Source of the DNA: Balanoglossus misakiensis
Lineage: Eukaryota; Animalia; Hemichordata
Length of the DNA stretch: 64,000 bases
NCBI GenBank assembly: GCA_040954595.2
Contig: CM082584.2
Location: forward strand, 2,325,344-2,389,343
Reading direction: 5' to 3'
The position numbers were made by a program, and so were the translations under genes. Positions 52,977 to 64,000 of this stretch are shown here, piece after piece (the first letter of the stretch is position 1; every line of letters starts with the position of its first letter). Under the pieces are notes generated by a model, which was not told the origin of the DNA, did not search any database, and worked only from the letters and a program-made list of their open reading frames with translations.

Positions 52977-55900
52977 TCAGTCCCTTTCAAAAGGGTTGGG
53001 GAGTGGTGAGAGGTAAATTGACTCACCCATTCCAAGAACTACACATTTACGTCTCAAAAACGACGGTCGCACAGCAATTCTTTCATGTGAAATCTCACGC
53101 AGTGGTTTTACATATGTACACTGTATGCCAATTTCATTGTCAACAAACATTGACCTCCCACTTAAACACCTACTGGCTATCAGGAATGATCTTTCATTAC
53201 AGTGACAATCACCTTGGCATATGCAACCTGGCCTAAGAATTACAAGGTTTCTTATTACATACAATTGCTCATCTTGTCCCTGAAAATAATGGTTCGTTCT
53301 CTTTGCTGCCCTAGTGTAGCTACTTGTTGTGAACACAGCACCTGATATAGTGAATCTCTTGTAATATTTGGCATTCACATTCAAGATAGGGTGGCCCACA
53401 GCCTCCTCTATAGCTAACCTGTCTGTCAATCTTATTTCCCGTTTGTCAGCAGCTCCCATGGCCACAACCCCTGAGCAGCTATGAAAGTCCCTCTTTAAAT
53501 GCACAATTCCTCTAGACAATTTGTCAAATAGTGGCCTCAGATCACTATCCTGTGGTATAATTGTGGATCTTCTTGATAAATCTCTCCACAGACAGAATGT
53601 GTTTGATATCTGTGAAGGCACACTTTGAGTACCCTGAAATAGCTTCATGATTACACCATTGTGACTTTCAAACACAAAGGAAGATGTAGCCCAGAGAGGT
53701 GCCCATTCCCTAACACTACTAGACAAATGCAGTAGAATGTGCATATTAAATGACATCACTTCTTTCCCATAAAGGCATTCAGTTTGAGTCACAAACTTTC
53801 TGATTGCCTGCTCTGCCAGATCAACAGAGCGGGCTGTTACTTTTTCCTGAAGTAACGTGTGGATTCCAAAAACCAGCAAAAACCAATGGTTCAGAAAAAC
53901 TGCAGGTAACACACCTCTCAGAACAATTAAAGAATAGAAAAGGAGAAATGCCCTCCACTCCGAACCTTTCCAATACTTTCTGTAATCTAACGATCGTGGT
54001 GTCCTGGTTATTTCATTTGGAGGAAACTGCTGCATCAAACGGGAATTAATTACACGTTGTTTAGCAGGGGCTAAGTACCAGGGTTTCTGCTTGTTTTCAC
54101 TGTCAAGCCAAAGTGAGGTGATTTGCCTGACAACCCCTAATAAAACACAATGCAAAAAATCAGGAACAAACCCTTTCACAATGTCGAAATTGGGAAGCAA
54201 CATACACACACTGGGTCCCTTCACACCCAATATTGGTCGGTCTCTTTCAACCGCCTGCCTACAACAATCCTCATACTGATCGTTATTCCTCAACTCAGGA
54301 TGAGGAAGATCCTGTACACTATATACACGTGCATGACCATTGCCCTTTGCTATGTATTCCCCTGGGTGCAGGCACCAGTCACATCCATACTGCCCATTAT
54401 ACTGTTTGCAATTGCGCATCAAAGGCCTGGCAGCTGAATCAGAAGAACACAATAACACATGGACACATGTTGTGATTATCTCACCAGAACTTTGATTTCT
54501 CCAGGTAAAACCATCATTACCCAATTTCACACATTCTTCAACAAATGGTGCCAAAAAACAATCCATCTGTGGTTTGGATTGACCAAACCATAGGCCAGGC
54601 ATGAGAATATTTTGTTTTTGACATTTTGGAGTCAGTTCTGTCACTACACACTGAATGGGCCATATTGAGAAACCAGAGGACTTAAAGGCAGGGACCCCAT
54701 CACAATTCCAGAGAAGGGTTAAGTCATTATCTCTTATGATACCATTTTCAAGGAGATCTTGATAAATGGAGCCATCCAATAAATTTGAAACTGACAATTC
54801 ACTATTAATATTCTGATTTTCTAATAAATCTACAAGTTGGTCCTTGATTGGCATTACAATGAAAAAATTGTTATTTGCTACAGATATTTGCTCACTGAAA
54901 GGCTCATTACAGCTACCACAAGTGGTGTCAGTTTGAATTTCGCCCTCGGCACCAAGATATGCCATACAACTACAGCAATAGAAGTGCTTCTTACACGACA
55001 CAGCTGTCTCAGCAAAACAGTTCTTAAAAAAGTATGGTGTTGCTGGTACAGTTTCTGGTGCTATCAGGTTAATGACGTGCAACAAGTCTTTGAGAGCATC
55101 TTTTGTAAGTCGGTGTCTGAGGACAAAAGCCTGGAGAAGTAGACAAAGCTGTTCTGTTGTGACATTCATCTCTCCAGTTCCTTCTTCAGCTCCCTGAGAA
55201 TTAGAAAAATAGTAGTACATTTAGAAAAATAGGACAACCAGAAATAACATGAACAATGCAATGGTCACACTCACAGGACTGACACATTTAATTGTGATTT
55301 GACATTTGTGAAAACAGGTTCTGATCTCTTATGCATTGATCACCAGATTTTGAAAACAGGGGTCATGCTCTAAATAATAGGCCTCCTTGAGAATTAAAAT
55401 AAATGCATTCACAACCATAGAGACACTAGCTTTCATACTTGTATTTTATAATAACGATGTGTATTAAGTTGCATTAACATATAAAACAGATTGATTAGTG
55501 GAATACTAAACGATGTTGTAATAGCTAAACAAATAAAAAAAATTTAAATTTCCGATGATCAAAAGTTGGTCACATTGCTAAAAGAATAGAGACATTTTGG
55601 TGTGTATCACTGTCATGTTTCTGTCAAGGAATCAATGTGTATATTGCACCATGTCCACTTTTTCAAGTTGTAAATGCACACCCTTCAGTAAGTACACTTA
55701 CTTTGAAAGTAAATCATCAAAATAATGTAAAAAGTCATAGATCATAAGTGATTAAGGTAAGTTACCGCACAAAATTCAAATTGGCAACCATAAATTTTTT
55801 AAAGTCAAAAGCAGAACCTACCAATTCATCACCACTTTCTCCTGTGCCCGTCCCATTAGTGTTTTCGTTTGATATGCGTGTGTGTATAATTTCTTCACTT

Positions 55901-56871
55901 TCTTCAATCTCTCCACTTCCGCCACTCAGTAAGTTGACATGTGACGTTTCCTGAGCTGGTACTTGGTCATCTATGATGAATGATGTCTGATCATCTGATG
56001 TTTCGTCGGCTGATAAATAGTCATCTGTGTCTGGTTCTGTAGTGCTGTATTCATCAATGTCTGTATCTCTGTGAGAGAAAGTTAGTCCACTTCGATAACT
56101 GTCATGAGAGGCGTTACCATCATATAAATATTCATCATTGCCACTTTCAGATTGGTAGTCACTATTTACAGAACAACTGTCAGTGTCGATGGCGATATCA
56201 TCAGTCTGAAAGATATGAATAGAATGTGGTTAAGATATGTATTTCAGTATAGCAGGACTACATAATGCATATTACATCATTTGATTCTAAATCTCAGAGG
56301 AAAGTGCTAATGCTTTAATAGTTCTTATAAAGAAAAGTAGGCTGGTGTCAGTAATGACCTGTTTTTTTTTTTTTTTTTTCCCTAAATATTCGTAGTACTA
56401 AATTATTTTTCAATTAAAAAATACTGCAGCGGCATAAATGCTGCTATATTTAGACAAAGAGTTGGAGATGTACAAGCTAGCCTTTTGGACTTTAATAAAA
56501 CCAAAAACAACAGAAATAAAATGCATACACTACCTATGACACCCTATAATTATAACAATCACCGAGAAATGACAGACAATGCCAGTTTTCGCCCGGCGCT
56601 TGCTGCAGTTCCGTAGCCAGCAACTTTCCTCGATGTGTGTGTTACGGAAGGGGCACCTTTCCGTAACACACACATCGAGGAATGTTGCAGGCTACGGAAC
56701 TGCAGCTGCAGCAAGCGCGGCGCATACTTCAGGCCGTGGTAAAAAAAGAGCTACACTTACCTCTAAACCATGTTTATCGCGAATTCGCCATCTAAACAAG
56801 GTTCTCTTTGGAATACTGACTTCGGTATCATTTAGGTAACGCTTGTATGGACCGCGCACGACCCTCGACAT
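52977..56871 (-). CDS. CACTA/EnSpm (TnpD-like) DDE transposase, ~903 aa, 3 exons
   Basis: Exons 56761-56871 (MSRVVRGPYKRYLNDTEVSIPKRTLFRWRIRDKHGLE), 55822-56205 (acidic linker) and 52977-55193; both introns are phase 0, GT-AG. CMC motifs: HFYCCSC...CGSC, LLWNCDGVPAFKSS..SIWP, CSSDSAAR..NCKQYNGQYGCDWC, DFLHCVLLG, WKGSEW, FNMHILLHL, SSFVFES. A minus-strand AATAAA lies at 52835-52840. Confidence 0.93.
56596..56718. repeat. Near-perfect ~55-bp-arm hairpin in transposase intron 1
   Basis: gcgcttgctgcagttccgtagccagcaactttcctcgatgtgtgtgttacggaa, short loop, ttccgtaacacacacatcgaggaatgttgcaggctacggaactgcag(ctgcag)caagcgc. Confidence 0.9.
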
Positions 56872-57310
56872 GTCTCTTCCGCGACGAACAGCGATCTGAT
56901 GATCTAGTGAATCAGCTGTGCAAGCGTCGGTGACTGCGGTGCATGCTGGGTGATAGATATGGCATCATCTCAAGTACAAATTTTAACGTTCCGATCGATC
57001 TGTGGTACTACTTTAAGGTGAATTTTGGCGTTTCAAAATAAAGTGAATGATATCTTAACGTGTTTTTTTTTCAAATAACATCTCAGCTCTAAGAAATGCT
57101 GTATTTTAAAATCACATGACCTACTGCATGACCTTTGACTCTTCTCATAAACGCCCGCATTTCTTACCCAGCATGCATCGAGGTAAATAAATAGTCGGCG
57201 AACTCCTGACCTTTTACAGCTGATTCAGTAACCACCGAAGACACACTACGCGTCACTCGCTACCAGCTCCGCTTAAGATTTCGCTATTTACGAACGTCGA
57301 TCTAGTCACC
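56872..57310. promoter_or_regulatory. Putative bidirectional promoter with mirrored Staf/ZNF143-type sites and CAGCTG/Inr-like motifs
   Basis: 439 bp between divergent ATGs. Minus strand: TCACCCAGCATGCACCGCA (56935-56953), then ACAGCTGATTCACT. Plus strand: TTACCCAGCATGCATCGAG (57164-57182), then ACAGCTGATTCAGT (57216-57229). Confidence 0.75.
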
Positions 57311-60300
57311 ATGAAGTACGCTTTATTTGATTTTTACGAAGAAAAGAGTGTTGAAGTTGGTGAGACGAATTGGATAGAAGATCTCGATGAAGACGACGTT
57401 ATGAGTTTTGACTTCGACGAAGATTGTGCTGTCCAGTGGTCATCAAAGAAGGCAGGAAGAGATCCGGCGAGATATGTAGCAAAAGTTATCAAGTTTAGCG
57501 GTAAGAATTGTTTGGATTTTTTCAAAACTCAAAAAAAACGTGTCAGGTAGAAACATTTCCCAATGTTGAAGACGTTCATTGTAGAAAGTTACCTTTATCT
57601 CGATCCCAGGGTCTTGGGCTCCCTTGAACCAAACACAGCTTGTTTACTTCCTGTTCATTGTTATACTATTTGCATAACAAAACGAGTTGCCAGGAAAGCC
57701 AGCAACCCCTTTGTTTTACTTTGTGACACAATTTTTTTACGTGGTTTGTGTTGTGCATTTTTGATCGTCAGCAAAAGTTTCTCATTCAGTTGTGTGTGTG
57801 TGTGTTTTTCACAACCAGGTCATAATGTTTATCTTTACAGATGACAGGCAGGAGCTGTTGCGACTAGCCAACGTCTATGTCAAAAAAGGGGTGAACACAA
57901 ACATTAAGACTCCAGAATATGGACGGGGGAAACGTGAAAAGGCACCAAAGAGAATCTACACCGACAGCGAAGATGATGAAGATGATTATGTACCGGTAAG
58001 TTGATATTTAACTACCATGTGGCTGATGCAGAATTCAATATGATTTATCTAGGTACAGATGATATTAATTTCTCGTTGTCAATATAAACACCCATTTTCA
58101 AAACTCCATGCCAAGTGTTCAGAAGTATCTCACAATAATCATTTCATTTCTTTTTTAGGAAAAAAATAACTTGAATAAAAAAAAGAAGATCAGCCAAAAG
58201 AATTCGTCTTTAAATTTGCTGAGAAAGTTAGAAAGCAAGAAGACATCTGAAGTTCGTAAAAAAATGGAGGAGGATGTCCAGTCACTTAAGTCTGTAAGTA
58301 CTGGCAATGTCATACGCCACAATTTCTGCCCCTGAAGCATATACTTTTACTTCCAAACTTGCACAAAAGCTAAAATAATGCTGACGTATAAGAGAGTGTT
58401 GTGAGCTTGTGTGGCTTAATTATGAAACAGGGATTGCACTAGTGTTTGCTCAGAATGAGTCCCTGTCACATGAAATTAAAGACAGGAAATTAAAATTTTT
58501 GTATTTATGTGAGAGATGGGACCCCTCTGTGTAAAAAGTAAGAGTCCCCCTGAAAAGTTCGGGAAGCAAAATATGGGGTTAACGCAACCCCTGCAAAATG
58601 TATCTTTAAAATGTGAGCAAAGTTATGCAATTATTGAAACTAATAATATTTCCATCAAAAAGTGACTGCAGTTCAGTGCTGTTGATGGGTAAATATCACA
58701 AGCATGTTGAAATCCATGTATGAACTGTGTTGTTATTGTTGACAACTGTGATTTTTAGTCTATTTCATTAATGTTCCTCTGCATTCTAGAGTTCATTCCG
58801 TGCTTCAACACCAGTGTCCAGTGGCTCAGAAGGCTATGATGAGGACAAGCTACACCAAGAAATAAGGGAATTGAAGGAGGAAAATGCTGCACTACGCTAT
58901 TCTCTTCGAGTGTTAAAAGGTAAAAGAATATTGATACACGCATTGAATAAAGTCAGTGGATTGTTTTAGTTCTTGTATATTTTTAATGCAATGAGTAGGT
59001 TTTAGCTGAATCAAATTATTTTGTCAGTGTTTTTTTTGTTTTATTTTTAGAAATATCAAAAGTCAACAGCCAAAATATGCCACAGAATGACTGTTTTTGA
59101 AAATACTCATGAATATCACAAAAGAACATCATTTTCGGCATTTTTTTGACGAGAAATTGAAGTATCAAGGACTCCATATATGTTTTGAAATACAAAGTAA
59201 AATGTTACCATAATTAATTTATAAATGAAAAACATTTAATTTATTCACTTGTACATGATGACTAAGCTGGGCAAGCTGTAACTTACCTTTTTCAGCACCA
59301 ATGAAAGCCTTCATTTGTGACCAGCTTTCTCAAACTATGTGTTTTGTAGTTACTTGACAATAGTTTGATAATGCTGGTCAGTATGTAAACATCTCAGTTC
59401 ACCACAATTAAAATAATTTTGTTTATGGATGATGGTCCACTGTCTTATTGGTTAACAATATTTTTTTGCCAGGATTGTCTCTTTTTTATTCCTTTTCCTA
59501 TGAACTATTGGAGTTAAATCAATGAACATATGTCCTATACCTCTATTTTCTAATCTTTTCAAATGGTATAGAGTTACCTGGCCTGCTTGGACAAATTGCT
59601 GATGTAAAAAGAACATTTGGTGTAAAGACTGGTGCACCTGCAGTCTCAAAGACAAATAAATCCAGTGGAACACATGATGCCCAATTGAACAGTGAAGAGG
59701 TAACTGTTGACATCTATTTCAATTTATCATGAATGTCTGATTTCAGGAATCTGCATAGACATAGTCATAGTCATTCAAATAATACTTCTGCTTCTTAGGT
59801 TCAACCATATGGCCTAAGTAAGAAAATTCTTTGTTCTGCATGTGTATGTTTTGCGAGATTTCATGAAAAAAACTTTTCTGCCTGCAAATTTTTGTATACA
59901 TGCTTTGGGAAATGTGATTGGAACACCTGCATGCTTGCAGAATGTCACATTTGAGTGCAACTTAACAGGGTGAAAAATTAGTTTCTGCTGAGATTCTTGA
60001 TAAGGTGCTTGTATTACATGGAAACTATCGAGTAAATATTAAATTTACCTGTTAAAAATTTCTGTGTTTCTGAACTTGTGCACTTACCTATCAAAATCTG
60101 AGTAGATGCAAAACAAAGAATTTAATTATTTTGGTCATAAAGTTTTTGTTTATTTATCTGCAGACCTGATGATTGCAACTCTGTTTAGAACAGATCATGG
60201 CTCTGCAACTTTACTTCCATGGAAAATGTGGTTGTATTGTTAGAGCTGTTGATTTCATAGAAAATAGAAAGTATTGTAAGAACTCTGTGATAGAGTTTTT

Positions 60301-61138
60301 ACTGTACTTTCTATTTTATCAGGTTTTCTATGACAGTAATCATATTTATTTTGTGTCTGCCTCTAGTGTTACCAATTATTTTGGTCTTTTTCAGATTTTG
60401 GTCAATGATGAGATGATAGTAACTGCCAAGCAGCTGAGCCGCGTTGACAAATCAACAGCGAAGAAAATGACGTATGATTTGATGGCAGTGGTGTTTGATA
60501 GGGAAACACTCAGGACTCATTCGTATAGTGGCAGAGTGTGCAACTCAGTCAAGGGTTCTTTACCCAAACCAGCGCTGGATGCCGACAAAATAAGAGCCAT
60601 TAAAGGTATGTAGGTATTAAGTTACTTATCATCTCCAATTATTAATTTGCTATTTTAGGTCATAGGAATACACAAAGATATATTGGCATTTTGTATATTT
60701 GGAGTGATCAGTGATGTATACCTCTTTAACATAGTGTAACCTGCTGTAGATAGGGTGCAAATTTTGCAGTGCTTTTGCAAAATCTGCTTTGGTCTGCTAA
60801 TGGAGACCTGTATGTGGAATGAGATAGGCCATCTTTAAAAAGTTGTAAAAGCGTTTAAGGGACTGCGAATCAAATATACCATTCTCTCTACCGTAACCTT
60901 GATATATTTTCATTTAGTTTGTTCTTTGTTTCTGGCGGTTAGGTTTTAGAAAAAAAAAATATAGTATGGCAAACAAAGACATCTCTAAGGTTTGAGCTTT
61001 GGTTCAGTACAATTTCATTCAGCAATTATTTTTCTCTGTTTCCCCACAGATATTGTATGCAGCAAGTTTGACTGCAAGGTTGCTGAGGTGGAGCAGTACA
61101 TTAAAATGAAAATTTACTCCGAAGCAAAACACAAGTAG
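57311..61138 (+). CDS. Transposon-encoded coiled-coil plus C-terminal BEN-domain protein, ~345 aa, 7 exons
   Basis: Exons 57311-57500, 57841-57995, 58159-58293, 58790-58919, 59572-59699, 60395-60605 and 61050-61138; all introns GT-AG, phase-consistent, with no stops. Coiled coil LHQEIRELKEENAALRYSL. BEN-like C-terminus KMTYDLMAVVFDRETLRTHSYSG...PKPALDADKIRAIKDIV...VEQYIKMKI. AATAAA at 61227. Confidence 0.85.
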
Positions 61139-61463
61139 TGTGGTTAACTGTTTCATTTATGTGTTTTGCTTATCTTTATTTATTTAAACTCTATTTTTCA
61201 TGTCACCTTTTTTATTGATTTATTGCAATAAAATGTTAAGTTTTAATTTGATGAGTATGTTGGTTTTTTCTCAAATATTTCACTGAAAGCCAGCAGAAAA
61301 CTAATTTGACTGAGGCAACACTGTATTTAGCACATTTATGTGTTAATATTAAACAACAGACTGAAAGAATATGCTGAGTATTCAGTGAAGTATTTTTTTT
61401 TATAAATATCAATCTTTTTGCCCGAATCCCACCCCTCTGTCTTTGGTAACCAGATAATACAGG

Positions 61464-62390
61464 ATCAATACACATCTATAACTCTTCTATAGAAGTTCAA
61501 TAGAAAATCAATTGAAATCTATATCTCTTCTATAGAAAATCAATACACATCTATAACTCTTTTATAGAAGTTCAATAGAAAATCAATTGAAATCTATATC
61601 TCTTCTATAGAAAATCAATAGCATATCAATGGAAATCTAGATCTCTTCTATAGAAAATCAATACACATCGATAACTCTTCTATAGAAAATCAATAGAATA
61701 TCAATTGAAATCTATATCTCTTCTATAGAAAATCAATACACATCGATAACTCTTCTATAGAAAATCAATAGAATATCAATTGAAATCTATATCTCTTCTA
61801 TAGAAAATCAATACACATCTATAACGCTTTTATAGAAGTTCAATAGAAAATCAATTGAAATCTAGATCTCTTCTATAGAAAATCAATACACATCGATAAC
61901 TCTTCTATAGAAAATCAATAGAATATCAATTGAAATCTATATCTCTTCTATAGAAAATCAATACACATCGATAACTCTTCTATAGAAAATCAATAGAATA
62001 TCAATTGAAATCTATATCTCTTCTATAGAAAATCAATACACATCTATAACTCTTTTATAGAAGTTCAATAGAAAATCAATTGAAATCTATATCTCTTCTA
62101 TAGAAAATCAATACACATCGATAACTCTTCTATAGAAAATCAATAGAATATCAATTGAAATCTATATCTCTTCTATAGAAAATCAATACACATCTATAAC
62201 TCTTCTATAGAAGTTCAATAGAAAATCAATTGAAATCTATATCTCTTCTATAGAAGTTTAATTGAAAAGTGGCCAAAAGTCCATAGAAGTCAATAGAATT
62301 TCCATAGAAATTCCATTGAGTTTCCATGGAATATCCATTGATTCTTAATAGAAATTTTTATTGAAAAGCAATAGAAGTTCTATAGAACTT
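61464..62390. repeat. Right subterminal 75-bp tandem repeat built from ~11-bp TCWATWGAA sub-units
   Basis: atcaatacacatc recurs at 61464, 61539, 61657, 61732 and 61807 (mostly a 75-bp period). Units are made of tctatagaa, tcaatagaa and tcaattgaa; degenerate ~11-mers continue into the TIR. Confidence 0.95.
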
Positions 62391-64000
62391 TTTCGTAAGG
62401 GAATCAATCAAAGTGTATTATAAAACCAGATTCCAAGAAAATACAGCTGTTCAAAGGGGCTTAGGCTTTTTTCATCTTCACTTGTCAGGTTGATATGACT
62501 ATTGTTAGTATGCAGTGTTGTATGAAATGTTTTACATCGCTTACTTACCTCACCCAACATGGCAGCCAATTGTTCTACAGTAAATCCACTGTAATTAATA
62601 CTACCTTGACTTGGCAAAGGATATGGAGGAGAGTTCAGATCAATATACAATGTTTCTATATTGGTGCGCTGTATACAAAGAGAAGATAAAACAATATTTT
62701 GTTATTGGCAGTATTGTCAGTCAGTGTTTTTTTTTAACCCTTCCACCCCAATTTCCTCTTCAGTGCTCCAACCTTAACATAGAAAACAATGCAGTTGGAC
62801 TGAACCATTGTGGTGATCAGGGTAATGTAACCAGGGTTCCCCAGTCATTTTGTTAACATTCCTTATGGTACCATAAATGCAGTCATATTAATGGTAAGAC
62901 AGGTGTTACATGGGGTTTCAAAATCACTTATTGCTCCACCCCCCCCCCCCCAACAATAGCCAAAATACTGTCAGTGTTATCCAAATTCTTATTTCACACC
63001 TGTTACAACTAACAAGGTATCTGTCGCAGTCATTTTATGCTCTTTTAGTATCCAGGATCTATTGTCGATGATATAATTAGGTATCCCAATGAATTTTTTT
63101 AACTTTCCTAAATCACATTTTTGTTAGTTTCATTGAAAAGTACATAGAATTTCATGAAAAATGATACCTCATTTTAAAAAATTGACCAAAGATTAAGCAA
63201 GATTGAGCAATATTTGACCTTTAAGGTCAACGACCTTTTCAAAATTACTAAAAAGCAGCATTTTCACAGCCTCATAGAATTTTACCAAAAATTGTAAACA
63301 TACTTCATCATGCCTTTTCCTGTAGAAAACAACCTATTAAATGTCATTTTAAAATTGAACAGCATGTTTAAAGAGGAGTTTTAGGGCAAATCACTACCAA
63401 AAAATGACAAAAACTCAATTTTGTGCAATGTGAAAATACCAAAAATTGGCCTTTCGGGCATTTTCATAGTTCTCTAAAAAAAAATGTTTCAAAGTTAGGA
63501 GTCTAAAACTGATTATAGTCTTACTAAATGTTACCCTTAAAATGCCTATTTTTTTCTGTGTACAAAAAATAACTGTAACTGGGAGAAAAATGGGCCTGAA
63601 AATGTTAATTTTGCCAATTTTACTTAGTGATAAAATGTGCTAAAATTTACCAAAAATCGCAATTTTCAAATGCGCATAAAATCAAAACCATACAAGCTAA
63701 TCACATGAAACTTTCAGGATGTATTCATTTTTATTTGTTCTTTACAAATAATGAGAAATTGTTGCTATATAAGTTTCACATTTGCTTCAATAAATTCTCT
63801 AAATTTGATTTAATCTGCTAAACTGCGCCAAAATCCACAAAAATGTGACATTGTAAGTGAAGTCGAAATGACTCGTTTTAGCAGTTTTAGCATTATTTTT
63901 ATATGGTTATATGGTAAGCTACATTTAAAAACTGGACAAACAAAAACTGAAGCTTGTGTCAAGGTATGTACTAGTTTTTTATTTTTCTTATTGTCAAGTT

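Larger units (their letters stand above)
51045..62401. mobile_element. Full-length, apparently autonomous CACTA/EnSpm (CMC superfamily) DNA transposon, 11,357 bp
   Basis: TIR CCCTTACGAAAAAG(G)TTCTATAGAACT at 51045, with its reverse complement ending at 62401 (14 bp perfect, then a 1-nt indel). Subterminal repeat arrays at both ends; an intact CMC transposase and a second gene inside. No TSD is visible. Confidence 0.93.

Noticed and set aside
53003-55142. Several plus-strand ORFs within the transposase
   Set aside because: Antisense shadows of the coding exon.
55194-55220. ORF-track start MYYYFSNSQ of the 747-aa transposase
   Set aside because: It is the polypyrimidine tract and acceptor (tttctaattctcag) of intron 2; the real start is most likely 56871.
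60173-60394. N-terminal half of the 146-aa ORF
   Set aside because: Intronic read-through; the BEN exon begins after ttttcag at 60395. A small extra exon near 60164 cannot be excluded.
61464-62260. CRISPR-like appearance of short regular repeats (also 7161-7770)
   Set aside because: No unique spacers and no cas genes; eukaryotic context; they are tandem or subterminal repeats.

Overview
AT-rich, repeat-dense animal genomic DNA with spliceosomal introns; the repeat families suggest an invertebrate. In order: (1) a 175/192/194-bp satellite with higher-order structure (1-5315); (2) mosaic arrays of a dispersed non-coding repeat and a ~1.3-kb repeat (7.9-22 kb); (3) a near-perfect 7.36-kb tandem duplication (17292-32009); (4) LINE 3' fragments and nested MITEs; (5) a decayed multi-exon gene for a Gln-rich protein (37.9-44.9 kb, minus strand) and a dead cbEGF exon; (6) nested TTAA-flanked Kolobok-like elements (47.4-50.0 kb). 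The highlight is an apparently intact 11.36-kb CACTA/EnSpm (CMC) transposon (51045-62401). It carries a 3-exon ~903-aa DDE transposase and a head-to-head 7-exon ~345-aa coiled-coil plus BEN-domain gene. The two genes share a mirror-symmetric 439-bp promoter with two Staf/ZNF143-type sites and CAGCTG/Inr-like motifs, and both element ends carry arrays of TCWATWGA motifs. Exon structures and coordinates were derived by hand; family names come from motif recognition, not database searches.
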